From NCBI GenBank assembly GCA_964481355.1, contig CAYZWQ010000003.1, positions 1 through 37,661 on the forward strand: 37,661 nucleotides of DNA, given 5' to 3'. A model generated the notes under the pieces. The model was not told the origin of the DNA, did not search any database, and was given only the letters and a program-made list of their open reading frames with translations. The number at the start of each line of letters is the position of its first letter. Within the stretch, counting starts at the first letter, position 1. Made by a program: the position numbers and the translations under genes. Source of the DNA: an uncultured Chitinophagales bacterium (GTDB lineage Bacteria; Bacteroidota; Rhodothermia; Balneolales; CAYWCV01). Below are positions 1 through 9,451 of this stretch, piece by piece.

Positions 1-113
1 CCTCCACGGCGCAGGGGTGGAGGGGACGGGGGAGGTGACATTAGCCTAAGGTGGTGGCATTAATCCGTTGGTGGAGCCTTGGGGTGGTGGCATATCTTCA
101 TATCTTTAAATCC

Positions 114-1319
114 ATGAACTCAATCATATCTCTCCTCCTCGCCCTGCTCCTGCTTCAAGCCTGCAGCAGCGATCACCCAACCCGACCCGTCATCCTCATC
201 TCGTTCGACGGATTCCGTCCCGACTACGTCGACACCTACGACACCCCGAACTTGGATGCAATCATTAGAAATGGCGTTCGTGCAGAGGGTATGATCCCTG
301 TGTTTCCGTCGAAGACCTTCCCCAACCATTATTCGATCGTAACCGGTCTGTACACCGAAAACACCGGGCTCATCGCCAATAACATGTTCGATGAGCAGAT
401 GAACGCGTTTTACAGCCTCGGAAACAGGGCTGCCGTTCAGAACGCAGCCTGGTATGGCGGCGAACCTGTCTGGGTGACGGCCGAGAAGCAGGGCAAAAGA
501 GCCGGCATCATGTTCTGGCCCGGCTCGGAGGCACCCATCAAGGGCACTTATGCCACCCACTGGAAGGTGTACGACCACGGCATGGATTACGACGCTCGGG
601 TCGACACCGTGATATCGTGGCTAACGAAGAAAGACAGCACCCGCGCTGACTTTGTCGCACTCTATTTTGATGCCGTCGACTCCTATGGCCACAACTACGG
701 CGTCGGTTCCGATTCGCTCGAGTTTTCTGTGAAATTGGTCGACTCCAAGCTGGGATATCTGATCCAGGAACTTGACCGCACCGGAATTTGGCCTAATGTG
801 GACATCATCATCACATCCGACCACGGCATGGCCAATGCCGACACCAGCCGCGTGATCCTGCTCGATCAACTCATCAACCTGGATGACGTGATGCTCACCG
901 ACTGGAGCCCTGTGGCCATGATTCGCTCAAAGGAGGGCAAGCACGAATCGGTGTACAAGGCGCTGAAGGACAAGGAGCAGAACTACACCGTCTTCAAAAA
1001 GGAGGAGCTCCCCGAGCGTTTCCGCATGAAGAACAACCCCAGGGTGCCCGACATCGTGGTGATGGCGGACTTGGGTTACTCCATAACGACCACTTCCCAA
1101 CTGAGGGAACGCGGAATTCCGCGTGGCGTTCACGGCTACGACAACAGTCTCCCCGAAATGCAGGCCATCTTCTACGCCGCCGGACCCTCCTTCCGGCAGG
1201 GTGTCACCATCCCGTCGTTCAGCAACGTGCATGTCTATGAGCTGCTCTGCACCCTGCTCGGACTCACTCCCTCCCCCAACGACGGATCGCCCGACGCCTT
1301 GCGAGGCATACTCCGATAG
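114..1319 (+). CDS. Ectonucleotide pyrophosphatase/phosphodiesterase (NPP, alkaline-phosphatase superfamily), exported/lipoprotein-like
   Basis: ORF 51..1319. Family motifs present: SFDGFRPDY, TFPNHYSIVTG, DSYGH, SDHGM. The ATG at 114 gives the signal peptide MNSIISLLLALLLLQAC with a lipobox-like Cys. The GTG-51 extension looks spurious. Confidence 0.85.
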   Translation: MNSIISLLLALLLLQACSSDHPTRPVILISFDGFRPDYVDTYDTPNLDAIIRNGVRAEGMIPVFPSKTFPNHYSIVTGLYTENTGLIANNMFDEQMNAFYSLGNRAAVQNAAWYGGEPVWVTAEKQGKRAGIMFWPGSEAPIKGTYATHWKVYDHGMDYDARVDTVISWLTKKDSTRADFVALYFDAVDSYGHNYGVGSDSLEFSVKLVDSKLGYLIQELDRTGIWPNVDIIITSDHGMANADTSRVILLDQLINLDDVMLTDWSPVAMIRSKEGKHESVYKALKDKEQNYTVFKKEELPERFRMKNNPRVPDIVVMADLGYSITTTSQLRERGIPRGVHGYDNSLPEMQAIFYAAGPSFRQGVTIPSFSNVHVYELLCTLLGLTPSPNDGSPDALRGILR

Positions 1320-1320
1320 C

Positions 1321-3339
1321 CTATCGCAACACGGTCATCTTCATGGTCTGGGTCTCGCCTCCCATGCGAGCCCGTATGAAGTACACACCCGAGCGCTGCG
1401 CCGTCGCATCCCACAGGATATGCTGCCGCCCTGGCTGCACCTGCGCCCGCAGGAGCCCCTGAACGACCCTTCCCTGCACATCGACCACATCGACGATGAG
1501 CAGCCCCGATTGCTCCACCGTCACAGGGATATACCCCGTTGGATTGAACGGATTGGGATATCCCGGCTCCATGGTGAACATCGACGGAATGTCCAGGTTC
1601 GAGTCATCGATCGAGGTCAACGACTCCTGACGGAACAGTAGGTTGACATTTGGATCGATCTCGATGTCGGTCCACGCAAATCCGGGCATGAGCTCGAAAG
1701 ACTGCGCACCCTCAGTCACATGAACCGTCATGACAGTGTCACGATCGGCCGACGATACTCTCACATCGAGAGGGAACTCGAACACGGGCACGGAGCTGTG
1801 AGATCCTGCGTGGCGGATGTCGAGACGGAGGCCGCCGGGGGATCCTGCGGCCGGGCGATAGTTCACATTCAGTATGGGGTAACCTTCGCCATACACCCAC
1901 TGATCAAAAAATCTGCCAAGCGCCACTCCGGATGCAGCCTCCATGACGCGCCGAAAATCGTCGGTTGATGCCGACGCATAGGCGTACGTTTCAAGGTAGG
2001 AGCGCAACCCGGCGAAGAAGCCCTCGTCGCCCACGTGCACGCGGAGCATGTTGAGCACCCAGGCGGCCTTTCGGTAGGTGAGACGGGTGTCGAACATGCG
2101 GCTCAGGTTACCGGCTGCGACCTCCGACTCCGGCAGGTACACGCTGCCACCGGGTTGGGCCAAGACCTGCTCACGGCGGACCCGCAGCCAATTCCGGAAA
2201 TCATCCTCACCCAAAAAGTACTTCAAAGGCAGACCCTCCGAGAGCGTGGCAATGCCCTCCTGAATCCAAAGATCGCTCCACGTCGCATTGGTCACTTTGT
2301 TTCCAAACCATTGGTGCGCCAACTCATGCGCCACCAAAAAGAATCCCAGGTTGGCCATCGAGCTGATGGTCTGGTGCTCCATACCGCCGGCACTCCTTCC
2401 GAACTGAGCGTGACCATAGCGTTCATCCCGAAACGGGTACGGTCCATACAGCTCCCAAAAAAGATCCATCAATCCAACAGTCTGCTGGGCATCCTGTAGC
2501 AGAGATTGCAGATCTTGCCCTTTGTACACATAGTTATCGATGGGAAATGAATCACCATCCGGTGACTGGTAGGGCAGCGTGAATACGTCATACTCGGCAA
2601 TGGCCATCGATATGAGGTAAACGGAGATAGAGTAACGATGTTTCCATGTGTAGGTGGAGTGATGATCGTCATCTTGTTTGGCAACAAGCAGTCCGTTCGA
2701 CACTGCCATGAGGGGCTTAGGCACTGTGATGCGCATGAGCAGACTGTCGAGCTTGTCGGCAGGGTCGTTCGTTGTGGGGAACCAATCCCTGGCTCCGAAC
2801 GGCTGGTTGAGCGTCCATACAATTGGTCCGTTGCCATTCGTCGAAAATGTGACACTGCCAAATCCGCTTGTAACAGGCTTGCCGGAGTAGGATATACGCA
2901 GTGTATGGTCACCCTCCGAGAACCCTCCTGACGGAGCGATCACCAACACGTCGGAACCTTGCCTTTGAAAGGGAACTTCGCTGCCTGACACGTCGCGGAT
3001 GTAAGCTATCTGAAGCGCGTCGGACAACTGCATCCGAATGGACTCGGTAGCATGCAACAAATGAATCCTCTTGACGGAGGTTGCGCTGATGGTGCCCGAG
3101 CCGGGGTCGACGGATATGTCGAGATCCATCGAGGTCACATCGAGCCCATTTTGTACGGCGGATGAACCGACTAGCATTTTTGTGGTAGCAATCCTAGATC
3201 GGGGCTCGGTGATGGACGGATCCTCGCCGAAATTCCGAATCTTTACCTGTGCTTGGGCCACAACGTGCGAGAATGCACAAAAAAAGAGGATGGGTGTCAA
3301 CAATACCCGAAAATAATTGGACGATATGTTCTCGCACAT
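1321..3339 (-). CDS. M1-family zinc aminopeptidase with C-terminal T9SS (Por) sorting domain
   Basis: GGMEH plus HELAHQWFGN...WIQEG form the gluzincin HExxH-X18-E signature. The ATG at 3339 gives the signal peptide ...ILFFCAFSHVVAQA (alternative ATG at 3381). The last ~80 aa (YPNPFNP...GVYFIRARMGGETQTMKMTVLR) look like a T9SS CTD. Confidence 0.85.
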   Translation of the reverse strand: MCENISSNYFRVLLTPILFFCAFSHVVAQAQVKIRNFGEDPSITEPRSRIATTKMLVGSSAVQNGLDVTSMDLDISVDPGSGTISATSVKRIHLLHATESIRMQLSDALQIAYIRDVSGSEVPFQRQGSDVLVIAPSGGFSEGDHTLRISYSGKPVTSGFGSVTFSTNGNGPIVWTLNQPFGARDWFPTTNDPADKLDSLLMRITVPKPLMAVSNGLLVAKQDDDHHSTYTWKHRYSISVYLISMAIAEYDVFTLPYQSPDGDSFPIDNYVYKGQDLQSLLQDAQQTVGLMDLFWELYGPYPFRDERYGHAQFGRSAGGMEHQTISSMANLGFFLVAHELAHQWFGNKVTNATWSDLWIQEGIATLSEGLPLKYFLGEDDFRNWLRVRREQVLAQPGGSVYLPESEVAAGNLSRMFDTRLTYRKAAWVLNMLRVHVGDEGFFAGLRSYLETYAYASASTDDFRRVMEAASGVALGRFFDQWVYGEGYPILNVNYRPAAGSPGGLRLDIRHAGSHSSVPVFEFPLDVRVSSADRDTVMTVHVTEGAQSFELMPGFAWTDIEIDPNVNLLFRQESLTSIDDSNLDIPSMFTMEPGYPNPFNPTGYIPVTVEQSGLLIVDVVDVQGRVVQGLLRAQVQPGRQHILWDATAQRSGVYFIRARMGGETQTMKMTVLR

Positions 3340-3421
3340 GGCCGTATAACGATGTTTTGACGAAGATACGTATATTATCATGCCTCAAATGGCATAATTC
3401 CCTATCACCGATGTATTTCGC

Positions 3422-4660
3422 ATGCAATATGATGTGACCGTGATCGGTGCCGGCATTGTCGGACTGTCAACGGCCTACAAGCTGGCGCTGGCCCAACCGG
3501 ATCTGCGCATACTCGTACTTGAAAAAGAATCGGGCGTAGCCGCCCATCAAACTGGAAACAACTCCGGCGTGATCCACTCGGGCATCTATTACAAGCCCGG
3601 GAGCTACAAGGCCAAGAATTGTGTGGATGGCCGGCGCGAGCTTGTGCGGTTCTGCCGTGACCATAACATCAAGCACGACGTGTGCGGCAAGATCATCGTT
3701 GCGACCGAGGCGTCCGAAATTCCACGCCTGAATGCGATCTATGAACGTGGAAGGCAGAACCAGATCGAGGGCATCCGACTGATCGATGATGTCGAAATCC
3801 GAGAGCTGGAGCCGTACGCAGCAGGTGTCAAGGCCATCCATGTTCCCTGCGCCGGTATCGTAGATTTCCATGGAGTCTGTGAAACGCTTCGTTCGTTGCT
3901 CGTAAAGCACGGCACCAACGTGCGCTTCAACGAGAAGGTGTCCAGCATCAATCAGGACAACGAAGGCTTGCATATTGCAGCCAGCTCCACCGTTTTTAAA
4001 TCGCGCTGGCTCATCAACTGTGCCGGTCTGCACAGCGACAAGGTGGCTGAGGCCGCCGGTCTGATGCCGCCGGTGCGCATCGTACCTTTCAGGGGCGAAT
4101 ATTTCGACCTCACTCCCGAGGCCGAGCATAAGGTGCGCAACCTCATCTACCCGATGCCGAACCCGGAATTCCCGTTCCTCGGGGTTCACTTCACACGGAT
4201 GGCCTATGGTGGCATCGAATGTGGACCGAATGCCGTATTCGCCTTCAAACGGGAGGGCTACACCAAGACCGCGTTCGACGTGTGCGACGCCGCCGAGACG
4301 CTGGCCTACCGTGGTTTCTGGAAGATGGCACAGCGCCATTGGAAGATGGGGCTCGACGAACTGTACCGCTCATTTTCGCGTGCAGCCTTCCTGAAAAATC
4401 TTCAGACCCTCGTGCCTTCACTCACGGAGGACGAGATTCGTCCGGCGCCCTCCGGCGTACGCGCCATGGCGCTCACGCCCAACGGCGACATCGTCGACGA
4501 TTTCATGATTTTGCGACACGGACGCGAGGTGCACGTGCTTAATGCACCGAGCCCTGCGGCAACGGCCGGGCTGTCGCTCGGGCGTCAGATTGCAAATACG
4601 GCCTTGGTTCATTTTGGGTACGAGAGCGACAGCGATGCATCGCGCATCATGACAGCCTGA
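3422..4660 (+). CDS. lhgO: L-2-hydroxyglutarate oxidase/dehydrogenase (FAD-dependent)
   Basis: N-terminal FAD fold VTVIGAGIVGLSTA. Long colinear matches to my recollection of E. coli LhgO, e.g. LEKES..AAHQTG.NSGVIH.G.YY.PGS.KA and PFRGEYF.L.PE......LIYP.P.P..PFLGVH.TR...G....GPNAV.AFKREGY. Confidence 0.9.
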   Translation: MQYDVTVIGAGIVGLSTAYKLALAQPDLRILVLEKESGVAAHQTGNNSGVIHSGIYYKPGSYKAKNCVDGRRELVRFCRDHNIKHDVCGKIIVATEASEIPRLNAIYERGRQNQIEGIRLIDDVEIRELEPYAAGVKAIHVPCAGIVDFHGVCETLRSLLVKHGTNVRFNEKVSSINQDNEGLHIAASSTVFKSRWLINCAGLHSDKVAEAAGLMPPVRIVPFRGEYFDLTPEAEHKVRNLIYPMPNPEFPFLGVHFTRMAYGGIECGPNAVFAFKREGYTKTAFDVCDAAETLAYRGFWKMAQRHWKMGLDELYRSFSRAAFLKNLQTLVPSLTEDEIRPAPSGVRAMALTPNGDIVDDFMILRHGREVHVLNAPSPAATAGLSLGRQIANTALVHFGYESDSDASRIMTA

Positions 4661-4694
4661 CCCAACATTTGCTCATTATTTAATTTCACGGTTT

Positions 4695-5126
4695 ATGAAC
4701 ATTCATGTTTCACGTGCATCGGATGCACCCTACCATTTCATAGCCACCAACGACACCGGCAACGAGGTTCACATCGATGGCTCACCCGACATCGGCGGCC
4801 AAAACTTGGGCCCCCGTCCCATGCAGATGTTGCTGATGTCGCTTGCAGGCTGCACCGGAATCGATGTGGTCATGATTCTTGACAAACAGCGCCAGCATTT
4901 TGACTCCTTCGACATGGATGTTCAGGGGCAGCGAGTGGAAGAGGCCCAAGCCAAGCCGTTTTCTCACATAACCGTCCATTTTTCATTCACGGGTGAGTTG
5001 GAGCCCGGCAAGGCACAGCGTGCCATCGAACTGAGCATGGAGAAGTACTGCTCGGTCGGGCTCACCATCAACAAGGCCGCCAAGATCGATTACACCCTCA
5101 CGGTGAACGGTGTGCGGCATGTCTGA
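4695..5126 (+). CDS. OsmC/Ohr-family (YhfA-like) redox protein
   Basis: 143 aa. Has the two-Cys OsmC pattern (LAGCTGID ... EKYCSV) and a typical PRPMQMLLMSLAGC core. Confidence 0.85.
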   Translation: MNIHVSRASDAPYHFIATNDTGNEVHIDGSPDIGGQNLGPRPMQMLLMSLAGCTGIDVVMILDKQRQHFDSFDMDVQGQRVEEAQAKPFSHITVHFSFTGELEPGKAQRAIELSMEKYCSVGLTINKAAKIDYTLTVNGVRHV

Positions 5127-6312
5127 TACCGAGCGTAGGTTCAAGCACGACGAGACGGCCGTCATTCGTGAGCGGGCAGATCGAAGCCAGCACGGCGAAC
5201 ATGCCACAAGCATCTACCTGACCTCCAGCTTTGAGTTCGACAACGCCGAGCATGCACGCGCCCTGTTCGCGAACGAGATGGAAGGCAATGTGTACTCGAG
5301 GTATTCGAACCCGAACAACGACGAGTTCGTGGCCCGCATGTGCGCCCTCGAGCGAACCGAAGACGGCATATCGGTGGCCTCGGGCATGTCGTCCATCTTC
5401 ACCTGCTTCGCCGCCTTGTTGCAGAGCGGCGACCACGTGGTCTCGTCGCGATCGGTGTTTGGCAGCACCCATCAGGTGCTCACCCAGCTGCTTCCCAAAT
5501 GGGGCATCACCTGCAGCTACGGCGACTTGGACGCATTCCCGGAAGGCTGGGAGGTGCTCGTCAGACCTGAAACGAAACTGTGTTATGTAGAGACGCCGAG
5601 CAACCCCGCCCTCGACTTGATCGATCTCGACGCACTGGCCACATTTTGCCAATCGAGGGGCATCATCCTCGTGGTGGACAATATCTTCGCGACGCCGATC
5701 CTGCAAAAACCGGCCGAATATGGCTCAGACATCGTGATCCACTCGGCCACGAAATACATCGATGGGCAAGGACGTGCCCTTGGCGGCGTCATTCTTGGAA
5801 AAAGCGAACTGATTGATAAGATTCGCTTATTTGCGCGCCACAGCGGTCCAAGTCTGTCGGCATTCAACGCATGGATGTTCAGCCGCAGCCTTGAGACGCT
5901 GCCCGTGCGCATGGACCGTCATTGCGACAATGCCGCAGCCATGGCCGACTGGTTGCATGGACGTGACGGTATCGCGTGGATGAAGTATCCGCACCACCCC
6001 TCTCACCCACAGTATGAGCTGGCGATGCGCCAGATGAAGCGCGGCGGTGGGATCGTGACCTTTGCTGTAGAAGGTGGCTACGACCGTGGCAGGCGCTTTC
6101 TCGACGCCCTTAAGATGTGTTCGCTCACGGCCAATTTGGGTGACGTCCGCACCATTGCAACCCATCCGGCAAGCACCACCCACAGCAAACTCAGCGAAGA
6201 GGAACGCCGAGCCGTCGGCATCGAGCCCGGACTCATTCGAATATCTGCAGGTCTTGAACATATTGACGATATTATTGGAGACATCCAACAGGCACTCGAC
6301 GCTTCGCTCTAG
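5119..6312 (+). CDS. metZ: O-succinylhomoserine sulfhydrylase / Cys-Met-metabolism PLP enzyme
   Basis: PLP-lysine motif SATKYIDGQGR. Also NLGDVRTIATHPASTTH and YSRYSNPN. The ATG at 5119 overlaps the osmC stop (ATGTCTGA). The ORF-track start at 5110 is a GTG. Confidence 0.85.
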   Translation: MSDTERRFKHDETAVIRERADRSQHGEHATSIYLTSSFEFDNAEHARALFANEMEGNVYSRYSNPNNDEFVARMCALERTEDGISVASGMSSIFTCFAALLQSGDHVVSSRSVFGSTHQVLTQLLPKWGITCSYGDLDAFPEGWEVLVRPETKLCYVETPSNPALDLIDLDALATFCQSRGIILVVDNIFATPILQKPAEYGSDIVIHSATKYIDGQGRALGGVILGKSELIDKIRLFARHSGPSLSAFNAWMFSRSLETLPVRMDRHCDNAAAMADWLHGRDGIAWMKYPHHPSHPQYELAMRQMKRGGGIVTFAVEGGYDRGRRFLDALKMCSLTANLGDVRTIATHPASTTHSKLSEEERRAVGIEPGLIRISAGLEHIDDIIGDIQQALDASL

Positions 6313-6315
6313 GCC

Positions 6316-9225
6316 ATGAAATCCATCGCATCCAACGCCCCGGAAATTCGGACCGACATCCTCACGCGCCGTCTTTTTGCAAACGACGCCTCCATGTACG
6401 AAGAGATGCCCAAGGCGGTGGCTTTTCCGAGAAATGCGGAGGATCTGCAATTTTTAGTACAGTGGGCAACAGATAAAAAGATGCCGATAACCGCCCGCGC
6501 GGCGGGCACCAGCCTGGCCGGGCAGACCACGGGCGGCGGACTCATCGTCGACACTTCGCGATACATGTCCGCCATCACCGACCTGGATGCGGAGAATAGC
6601 ACCATCTGGGTCGAACCCGGGGTCATCCGCGACAGCCTGAACGATTTCGTTGCCCCGTTCCAATTGCTGTACGGTCCCGACACGTCAACCACGAACCGTT
6701 GCATGGTGGGCGGCATGATCGGGAACAACAGCGCCGGCAACTTCTCGGTGAAGTACGGAAGCACCCGCGACCACGTGATAGCCATCGACGCCATCCTGAG
6801 CGACGGCAGCCGGGTGTTGTTCGGGCCGCTCAGCAATGAGGAAATCGAGCAAAAAATGCAGCTCCAATCCTTCGAGGGTCATATTTATCGCGAGATGGTG
6901 GCCATCATCCGTGAACACCGCGACACGATTCTCGAAAATAGTCCACACAGCGACATCAAAAGGCGCAATACGGGCTATGCGCTCGACCGACTGTGTGTGA
7001 TGGAACCCTTCGAGCCGGGGGGCGAACCCTTCAACCTGGCGAAGATGCTGTGCGGATCGGAAGGAACACTTGCCTTGACCGTCAAAGCCAAGGTAAACCT
7101 CGAACCGTTGCCGAAATACAATCTATTGGTCATTTCACAGTTCGACGATCTGTACGAGGCGCTTGAACTCACCGCATTGTGCGTGCAGCATAAGCCGGCC
7201 GCCGTCGAACTCGTCGACGACGTGGTGCTGAATGCGACCAAGGGCAACATCGCGCTCTCGCATAATCGCTTCTTCTTGAGGGGGGAACCAAGATGCATCC
7301 TTATCACGCAGCTCGACGGCGACGACTGGGATGATCTCATTGCACAAGGCGATGCGCTCATCGATGAGATTCGAGCAACAGGCAAAGGGTACCATCACAG
7401 CCTGATGACAGACCCCGACGAGAAGCGTCGTGTGTGGGACCTCCGCAAAGCCGGGCTCGGTCTGCTCATGGGATTGCTCACGGAGAACCGTTCACCCGAA
7501 TTTGTCGATGACACGGCTGTTCGTGTCGAAGATTTGCCAAATTATATACGTGATTTCGAGCAAATCATGCAGAAATATAAGACAAGCAGTGTCTATTACG
7601 CGCATGCATCGGTAGGTGAACTGCATCTGCGTCCGTCGATCGACGTGAAGTCGCAGGAAGGCCTCGACAAGATGAAGGCCATAGCCGGAGAGGTCGCCGA
7701 TATCATCCGTAGGTACCGTGGCAGCTTTTCGGGCGAACATGGCGACGGACGCATACGGGCGCCCTTCCTCGAGCAGGTTCTTGGTCGCGAAATGGTGGCC
7801 TTGTTCGAGCGGGTGAAGCAGGTTTGGGATCCGGCACACCTGCTCAACCCGAACAAGATCATCTTTCCGAAGCCGATGGACATCGACCTTAGGTTTGGTC
7901 CCGACTACCACATGGAAAAAGTCGACACCGTGTTCAAGTGGCGCAAGGAGGGCGGATTCGACATGGCCTTGGAGGCCTGCAACGGAGCCGGTGTGTGCCG
8001 CAAGCTGGTGGCAAGCGGAGGCACGATGTGCCCGTCGTACCGAGCCACCTTCGAGGAACGCGATGTAACCCGTGGACGCGCAAACATCTTCAGACAGCTA
8101 TTTGCCGGCCAGGCCGCCGACGCCTTTGGAAGCGATGAGCTCAAGGATGCGCTGTCACTGTGCCTCAGTTGCAAGGCATGCAAGAGTGAGTGTCCTGCCA
8201 ATGTGGACATGGCCCGGATGAAGGCCGAATTCTGGCACGGGTACCACCAACGCAAGGGTGTGCCAAGGTCGCACCAGTTCTTTGGCAATCCGGGCGTACT
8301 CTACCCCATGGCGATGCTGACCCCCGGGATATCGAACTCCGTTGCCGCCAGCCGCTTCGGGAAGGCGGTTTTGCGACGCTTGGTGGGTGTGCATCCCAAC
8401 CGCAGCCTTCCCAAATTTGCTTCCAAGAGCTTCCGTCATGCCTTCAAGAGCAGCCAAATCATCGGAAGTCCGGATTCTCGAGGGAAAGTCCTGCTCATGG
8501 TCGACCTCTTCAACGACGTGCACGACCCTGACGTCGCTATGGCGGCCAAACGGGTGCTCGAGCACATTGGTTATGAGGTGCTTGTTTCCGACCATTCCGA
8601 AGCCGGACGCACTCACATATCGAAAGGTTTACTCGACCAGGCAAAGGGGATCGCAGACCGGAACATCCATTACCTGAAGCCATTTGCCGAGCAGGGAATC
8701 GCGATTGTAGGGCTAGAACCTTCCGAGATTTTGACCTTACGGGACGAGTATCTCGACCTGTGCGACGTTTCTGATTTGGAGACGGCGAGGCTGGTGGCGA
8801 AACACAGCTTCATGCTCGAGGAATTTCTGCTTTCGGAGGCGAACCGTAGGTTGTTGAAGGAGGGCTTCGATGCGGGAGGAAGAAGCGTGATGATACATGG
8901 TCATTGCCACGCCAAGGCATTGGTGGGGATGGGTCCGATGATGGACGTTTTGTCGGAAGCCGGGTATCTTCCCATCGACAGCGGAGCTGGCTGCTGCGGA
9001 ATGGCAGGCAGTTTCGGCTATGAAGAGGATACCTACGAGGTTTCGATGCAGGTAGGCGAGCAGACGCTGTTCCCATCCGTGCGCGCCCTCGACCAAGGCA
9101 TGCTCATCTGTGCTCACGGCTTCAGCTGCCGCCATCAGATAGCCGACGGGACCGGTAGGAAGGCGGAGCATCCGGCAGTGTTGTTGCAAGCGGTGATTCG
9201 TGGTCGTCCTTTGGGACCAACGTGA
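6316..9225 (+). CDS. YdiJ-like FAD-binding plus (Fe-S)-binding oxidoreductase (GlcD-like FAD domain fused to a 4Fe-4S/CCG GlcF-like module); candidate D-2-hydroxyglutarate dehydrogenase
   Basis: 969 aa. N-terminal FAD-linked oxidase pattern (RAAGTSLAGQ..., VEPGVIRDSLN, STTNRCMVGGMIGNNSAG). Middle Cys clusters CNGAGVCRK...CPSY and CLSCKACKSECP. C-terminal CCGMAGSFG motif. Length and architecture match the E. coli YdiJ family. Confidence 0.8.
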   Translation: MKSIASNAPEIRTDILTRRLFANDASMYEEMPKAVAFPRNAEDLQFLVQWATDKKMPITARAAGTSLAGQTTGGGLIVDTSRYMSAITDLDAENSTIWVEPGVIRDSLNDFVAPFQLLYGPDTSTTNRCMVGGMIGNNSAGNFSVKYGSTRDHVIAIDAILSDGSRVLFGPLSNEEIEQKMQLQSFEGHIYREMVAIIREHRDTILENSPHSDIKRRNTGYALDRLCVMEPFEPGGEPFNLAKMLCGSEGTLALTVKAKVNLEPLPKYNLLVISQFDDLYEALELTALCVQHKPAAVELVDDVVLNATKGNIALSHNRFFLRGEPRCILITQLDGDDWDDLIAQGDALIDEIRATGKGYHHSLMTDPDEKRRVWDLRKAGLGLLMGLLTENRSPEFVDDTAVRVEDLPNYIRDFEQIMQKYKTSSVYYAHASVGELHLRPSIDVKSQEGLDKMKAIAGEVADIIRRYRGSFSGEHGDGRIRAPFLEQVLGREMVALFERVKQVWDPAHLLNPNKIIFPKPMDIDLRFGPDYHMEKVDTVFKWRKEGGFDMALEACNGAGVCRKLVASGGTMCPSYRATFEERDVTRGRANIFRQLFAGQAADAFGSDELKDALSLCLSCKACKSECPANVDMARMKAEFWHGYHQRKGVPRSHQFFGNPGVLYPMAMLTPGISNSVAASRFGKAVLRRLVGVHPNRSLPKFASKSFRHAFKSSQIIGSPDSRGKVLLMVDLFNDVHDPDVAMAAKRVLEHIGYEVLVSDHSEAGRTHISKGLLDQAKGIADRNIHYLKPFAEQGIAIVGLEPSEILTLRDEYLDLCDVSDLETARLVAKHSFMLEEFLLSEANRRLLKEGFDAGGRSVMIHGHCHAKALVGMGPMMDVLSEAGYLPIDSGAGCCGMAGSFGYEEDTYEVSMQVGEQTLFPSVRALDQGMLICAHGFSCRHQIADGTGRKAEHPAVLLQAVIRGRPLGPT

Positions 9226-9451
9226 TCGGAATAGGCCTCAGTCGATCGGACGGCGTGATGTAGTTTTATTTATTCGACGTGACTCAATAAGTATTGTGTC
9301 ATAATTTGCAAAAAACTGCTTTATATTCAAAAAAGTTGCTACAGGTGCGGATATTTGCACACTGTGGAATTGTTACTTATACTTGATATGTTATTTGCTT
9401 ATTATTTAAGGATGTCTGTATTTGTAAGGATCAGTGATATTGATTTTTCCG
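9226..9451 (+). promoter_or_regulatory. AT-rich ~225-bp intergenic island, presumed promoter/leader of the PAS histidine kinase gene
   Basis: Composition drops sharply relative to the flanking genes. Contains a near-direct repeat CAAAAAACTGC / CAAAAAAGTTGC and several TATTTG motifs. No promoter element could be assigned with confidence. Confidence 0.3.

Noticed and set aside
1-23. Hairpin CCTCCAC-GGCGCAGGG-GTGGAGG as the terminator of an upstream gene
   Set aside because: No U-tract follows, and the upstream context is cut off by the window edge. It cannot be evaluated.
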